DNA from: the human T2T-CHM13v2.0 reference genome, Homo sapiens
Reading direction: 5' to 3' (one strand)
Assembly (NCBI RefSeq): GCF_009914755.1
Contig: NC_060938.1
DNA length: 64,000 nucleotides
Both the position numbers and the translations under genes were made by a program. This document shows positions 59,546 through 64,000 of the stretch, in pieces. The notes beneath the pieces are model-generated. The model saw nothing but the letters and a program-made list of their open reading frames with translations, was not told the origin of the DNA and did no database searches. Numbering within the stretch: the first letter of the stretch is position 1; the number at the start of each line of letters is the position of its first letter.

Positions 59546-60634
59546 TCTTATGCCCTACTCTAACTTTTGTCCTTCTAGAAAACTCAGAACTATGCTTTCT
59601 AAACCAATTCAGACTTTCTCAGTGAATCAACCTGGTCTCCCTGAGGCAAAGTTAGCAATTTTCCATTACACATGGTTCTCTTTCTCTGTAAGAATATCTA
59701 ATGCAACAATACAAGTGTTTATTTCCCTCCTGGTAATGTGGGGAACTCCTTTTGGCTGAGACCAAGACATGAAACCTTGTTATTTCAACATTAATGAAGA
59801 TCTATTTAGAGAGCCTCCATTTTTACAGAAAAGATATATAAACACCAATGAAAATAAATATGAAATTATATGACATACAATTATATTTTGGAAAGACTGA
59901 ATAAATAAATGAACTAAGCTCTAAGAAAAATGATGATGATATAAAATGATATAGAAGTAAAAACCTGGGCTGGTATAGCACAATTAATGTATCAGTAAAG
60001 TATGTACATTGTAGAAGGGGCAGGAAGACAGCATAGAGAGTGAGACCTGACCAAAAGCTTTAAGGAAAGTTCTATACCCTTAAACGAGATTAAAGTGGAT
60101 TCAGGAAAACATGGGCCACATGAGGGGAAGGACACATGTTCCAGACGGGCCAAAGCTCAGAGCATCTCTACCTTCTCCAGGAGGAAAGGGGAGGCAAAGC
60201 AGCAGGCAGAAGACAGCACGGCCAGGTCAGCACAGGGCACCCAGGCCAAGCCAGGTGGGCTGTGACGTACAGGTAGTGAGGAGCAACTGCCAGGTGGGCT
60301 TTATTCATTAGTTTGTTTTGTTTCCTTTAGTAATGAAGACACATGATCAAAGTTGACCTTTGTAAATGTTGCTGCAGCTGAACAGAAAGATGGATAAAAC
60401 CAGTGTTTTAAAATTTATGTTGTGTACAGCACTAGCCTCAGTGAGATATTAGTAGAACACACAGGCACACACACGCACACACACTCACACTGAGCCCAGA
60501 TTATTCTGGCAAATGTTGGGTTAAGCAAATTAAAAGAAACATCTTTTGTGCTGGACTTCTCAGAACCTGGAATGTGGCTATATGACTCATAAAACAGCAA
60601 GGTTAAGACAGAGCATGTCATTTTTTCCCAGAAA

Positions 60635-60800
60635 TGTTGAAACACTTTCCTTCCCTTGGCTTCAGTGTCACCTTCTTTCTCCTGGTTCTCCATCAACCTC
60701 TTTGGCTGCTCCTTCTTGATTTCCTTTTTGACATTCTGCTGCTGCTCAGCCATTCTCTTTTCATTCCCCATGGATTTCTCAAGTGTGTTTCTATTCCTGC
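60635..60800 (+). mobile_element. L2 fragment
   Basis: TTGAAACACTTTCCTTCCCTTGGCTTCAGTGTCACC...CTCCTGGTT...GGCTGCTCCTTCT matches the L2 core. Confidence 0.7.
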
Positions 60801-61857
60801 ATTTTAAACTTTCCTTGTTTTTCCTGACACTTCTCCTTGTCTGACCCTCCCCTGTTCTAAGGCAAGTGTTCCATCCGTGTGCACTTTTGGCATCCTGGGA
60901 TGCTCCCAGCATGTTCCCTGCCACACTCCACCAGGTTTTCTCAGCAGACTCCGTGAGGGTAGCAGCCTTGTCTCCACCGTTCCTTCAATGCTCAGCACAT
61001 AACACAGAAGCTGACTCCGTAACATTTAGTTGGCCAACTGAGACTAAATGTATGTTCCTCTAGATCTTAAAAAGTTACAGAAACATAGCACAATAGACAA
61101 AAAAAATCTTTAGCCAGGAGTTCTCTATGTATGTACAAGAGTTTGAAGTCATTATTAAAGCAAAGAGAAAGAGAAACTGTCACAGAATTCCCTAAGATAA
61201 ATTATTTTGCTTTAATCTTCAATTCATCATGTGAGATAATCAAGACAATGTGTTATTGTAAGTATTTCTAGCTTACAACACAATGACCTGATTTTTATTG
61301 TTTGAAATAACTGCAATATAAATCATTTAATCAAAAATTACATAAATAATCCTTTCAAATAAAATTCTGCCTAAATTTTACATTACTCATATGTTCAAAT
61401 GATAATGAACTCATAAGTTTTTCTAATACCTCAGTCAAAACACTGTACTGATTCCAGGTGTAGGAATCGTATCTGAAAGTTATTTTACAGATGGGGAAAC
61501 AGTACCTACGTGACATTGGCCTTTGCACTACTGTGCCCTTTTGGGTCAGGAAAAAGCTGTTCCCTTAAAGTCCTAAAAACTCTTCTGTCAGGTCTGAAGG
61601 GTGGGTGGGAAACACAGTTTTACAAATTTTAGCCACAGATGTTTTATTCCTTGCTTAAAATAGTGACTAGATAAAGGCCAGTAGAAGAATCTCCAATGTT
61701 TCTTTAGAAGCGTGTGCCTGCGAACATCTTCCTGAAGCACTCCCTTGTCTCTGCCCAAAATCACCTTAGGTAGGAAAATCACAACTCAGCAGGCTGAGGA
61801 GATCCAAGGGGATCATTGAGCTCTGAGGCTTATGAGAGAAGAGAGAGAGGTCTAAGA

Positions 61858-62385
61858 CTTTTTTTGTATAAATTTATGGGTTCCAAGTGCAATTTTGCTG
61901 TAAGCATGGATGGCATAGTGGTGAAGTCAGGGCTTTTAGGTATCCATCACCAGAATAATGCACATTGTACCCATTAAGTAATTTCTCACTATTCACCCCT
62001 TCCATCCCCTCACCCTGCTGAGTCTCCATTATCATTCCACTCTCTACGTCAATATCTACACGTCTTTTAGCACCCGCTTATGAGTGATAAAATACGATGT
62101 TTACTCTGTGTCTGGCTTGCTTCACTTACAACAATGGCCTCCAGTTCCATCCATGTGTCTTCAAAAGTTATGATTCTATTGTTTTTTATGCCTGAATAGT
62201 ATTTCATTGTGTATATTTTCTACATTTTCTTTCTCCAATCATTTGTTGATGGGCATTTAGTTTGATTTTATGTCTGTGCTACTGTGAATAGTGTTGCAAA
62301 AAATACACAAGTACAGTTATCTTTCTGATACATTGATTTCTTTTCCTTTGCATAAATACTCAGTGGTGGGATTGCTGAATCAGAC
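61858..62385 (-). mobile_element. L1PB/L1MA 3' end
   Basis: Antisense L1 3'UTR and end of ORF2. Confidence 0.75.
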
Positions 62386-62949
62386 AGAGCCAATAGATGA
62401 TCAGTAATGGTGGCCAATCATCAGCTAGAAACAAAGTGCTTAGCAGGGCTTGAAAACACCAAAACTCTGAGACCACTGACCTTCAAAAACTTCAACAGCC
62501 CTGAGTGAAAAGCCCAAACACATTTATCTACCATTCAAAGACGCTTTATTGTCTGTCCTCTGTGCATCTCAGTAGTCTCTTTTTACCACACTGTCTATAT
62601 ACTGCATGAGCCATTTATATGAAACTATCTGACACTCCAAGGCATCTTATACTATATATTCAACCATCTATCCCTAGTACCTAGCACAGTCCTGGCATAT
62701 AGTTTGCTACTAAACTTTTACAGAATGAAGGAATTATCTTGTATCCAGGTTCCAAGTTTTAAGGTGATTCTTCACTAAAAAAAAGTATTACAGTTCACAA
62801 ATAATCTACTTCCCTTTTTACAAATGGGATCAATTTTAATCTTATCTCCTAATAACATTACTTTCATTTACTCTGATCTAAATATACTGTCCTAAGAGAG
62901 CAATAAGAAAGAGAGTTGAAGCTGGAGTTTGAAGAATTGTACATGGTCC

Positions 62950-63482
62950 TGTGATACCCTACCTTGTTTTAACCTGAGTGACTCTCTCCTAGTGGAGAGA
63001 GAGCCGGACAGACTCCATTTTAGTTTCTTTCTTCGCATGCAGCCCCCTTTACCTCCCACCCTTAATTGTATAACTAGTGTAAACTGACTCAAAGCAGGTC
63101 CAGGAATGCACTTACTGATAAGATATTGAGGCAAGCTGCACCAGCTGCTCCTGGGTACGCACTCAGTGAATGTCATGCAAAACCCCTGCATTTCTCTCTT
63201 TGTGATAGTTTAAGCCCCTGCACCTGGAACTGTTTATTTGTTTTGTAACTGCTATTGTAACCAATTAATTTTTTAACTATTTGCCAGCTCTGCTTCTGTA
63301 AAACTTGTTTCAGTTAAACTCCCCCCTCCCCTATTTAGACCACGGTATAAAAACAAAACCAGCCCCTTCCTCGGGGCCAAGAGAATTTTCCGCATTACTT
63401 GCCTCTCGGTTGCCGGCTAATAAAGGACTCCTTAATTTGTCTCAAAGTGTGGTGTTCCTCTATAACTCACTTGGTTACAACA
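62950..63482 (+). mobile_element. ERV1 solo LTR (LTR6-like)
   Basis: TGTGATACCCTACCTTG...TATAAAA...AATAAA...TTACAACA; TG..CA ends; 4-bp TSD gtcc. Confidence 0.8.
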
Positions 63483-64000
63483 GTCCACCCTGTGGCCTGA
63501 GGTGCATCGCCCACCTGAGCTTCATCTGTTATGTATGTCAGGGAATATAAGCAGGGTGAGAGTGGCCTCATCAGAGACCCCAGATCTCTGGCTTACCCAT
63601 CTGGCAAGTGCACCTCTGTGAGCAGAGACTTCAGAGCCAGATGACAAGAATGGCCCAAACAGTCCACCAGGGAAACCTGGGCCCAGTGTACATCAATGCA
63701 GAGCATCAAGCATGGCATAACAGGTGCACAGTTGCCTACTCCTGTTCAGAGATGACTGCATTCCACATACTGTAAAATGAGGAAATGCAGAGAAGCAGAT
63801 GTAACTGAAGAAGACAGCAGAAGCAACGAGGAGGGACAACCAGGACCTAGGAGGGCACCATGCCAGAGACGCCTGGACCCCACGCTAGGCTCAATGCCTG
63901 TTATACTCTTGGGAGCCAGCGCTTTCCCTCTCCATCACATGGCATACTTGCCATTATTTGTTGTGTAAAATATTGTCCTTAGTTTTCACCTTTCCTAGGA

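Noticed and set aside
60415-60924. 169-aa coiled-coil-looking ORF on the minus strand
   Set aside because: Its charged core is the purine-rich antisense strand of an L2 fragment.
63490-64000. Possible lncRNA or FRG2-like exon downstream of the last LTR
   Set aside because: No recognisable homology or supportable exon structure from sequence alone.

Overview
Primate (human-like) non-coding DNA from an FRG1/DUX4-related segmental-duplication mosaic of the pericentromeric/subtelomeric type. I cannot assign the exact locus or paralog from sequence alone. No intact protein-coding gene is present. In order: exons 3-9 of an unprocessed FRG1 paralog (+; premature TGA in exon 3, exon 9 acceptor apparently mutated); an isolated MLLT10 exon copy (-); stacked L1s, one 5'-inverted; an ERVL-class remnant; a 75-bp x ~17 minisatellite; a TG-rich array carrying a HERV-K LTR5 solo LTR; a Tigger1 containing a MIR4477-like hairpin and fused directly to a homeodomain-less DUX4-like/D4Z4-related segment; two tandem 5S-rDNA-derived units, one carrying a 5S pseudogene with its internal promoter duplicated; then old L1/L2 and an ERV1 LTR. 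Nearly all ORF-track entries are repeat or low-complexity artefacts. I see no convincing wholly new biological system. The best leads are the 5S copy with a duplicated promoter, the retained DUX4 motif plus an open downstream ORF in the FRG1 paralog, the orphan DUX4 activation-domain frame, and a high density of short duplications and templated insertions. Repeat subfamily names and reference comparisons come from recalled consensus sequences, not from a database search.
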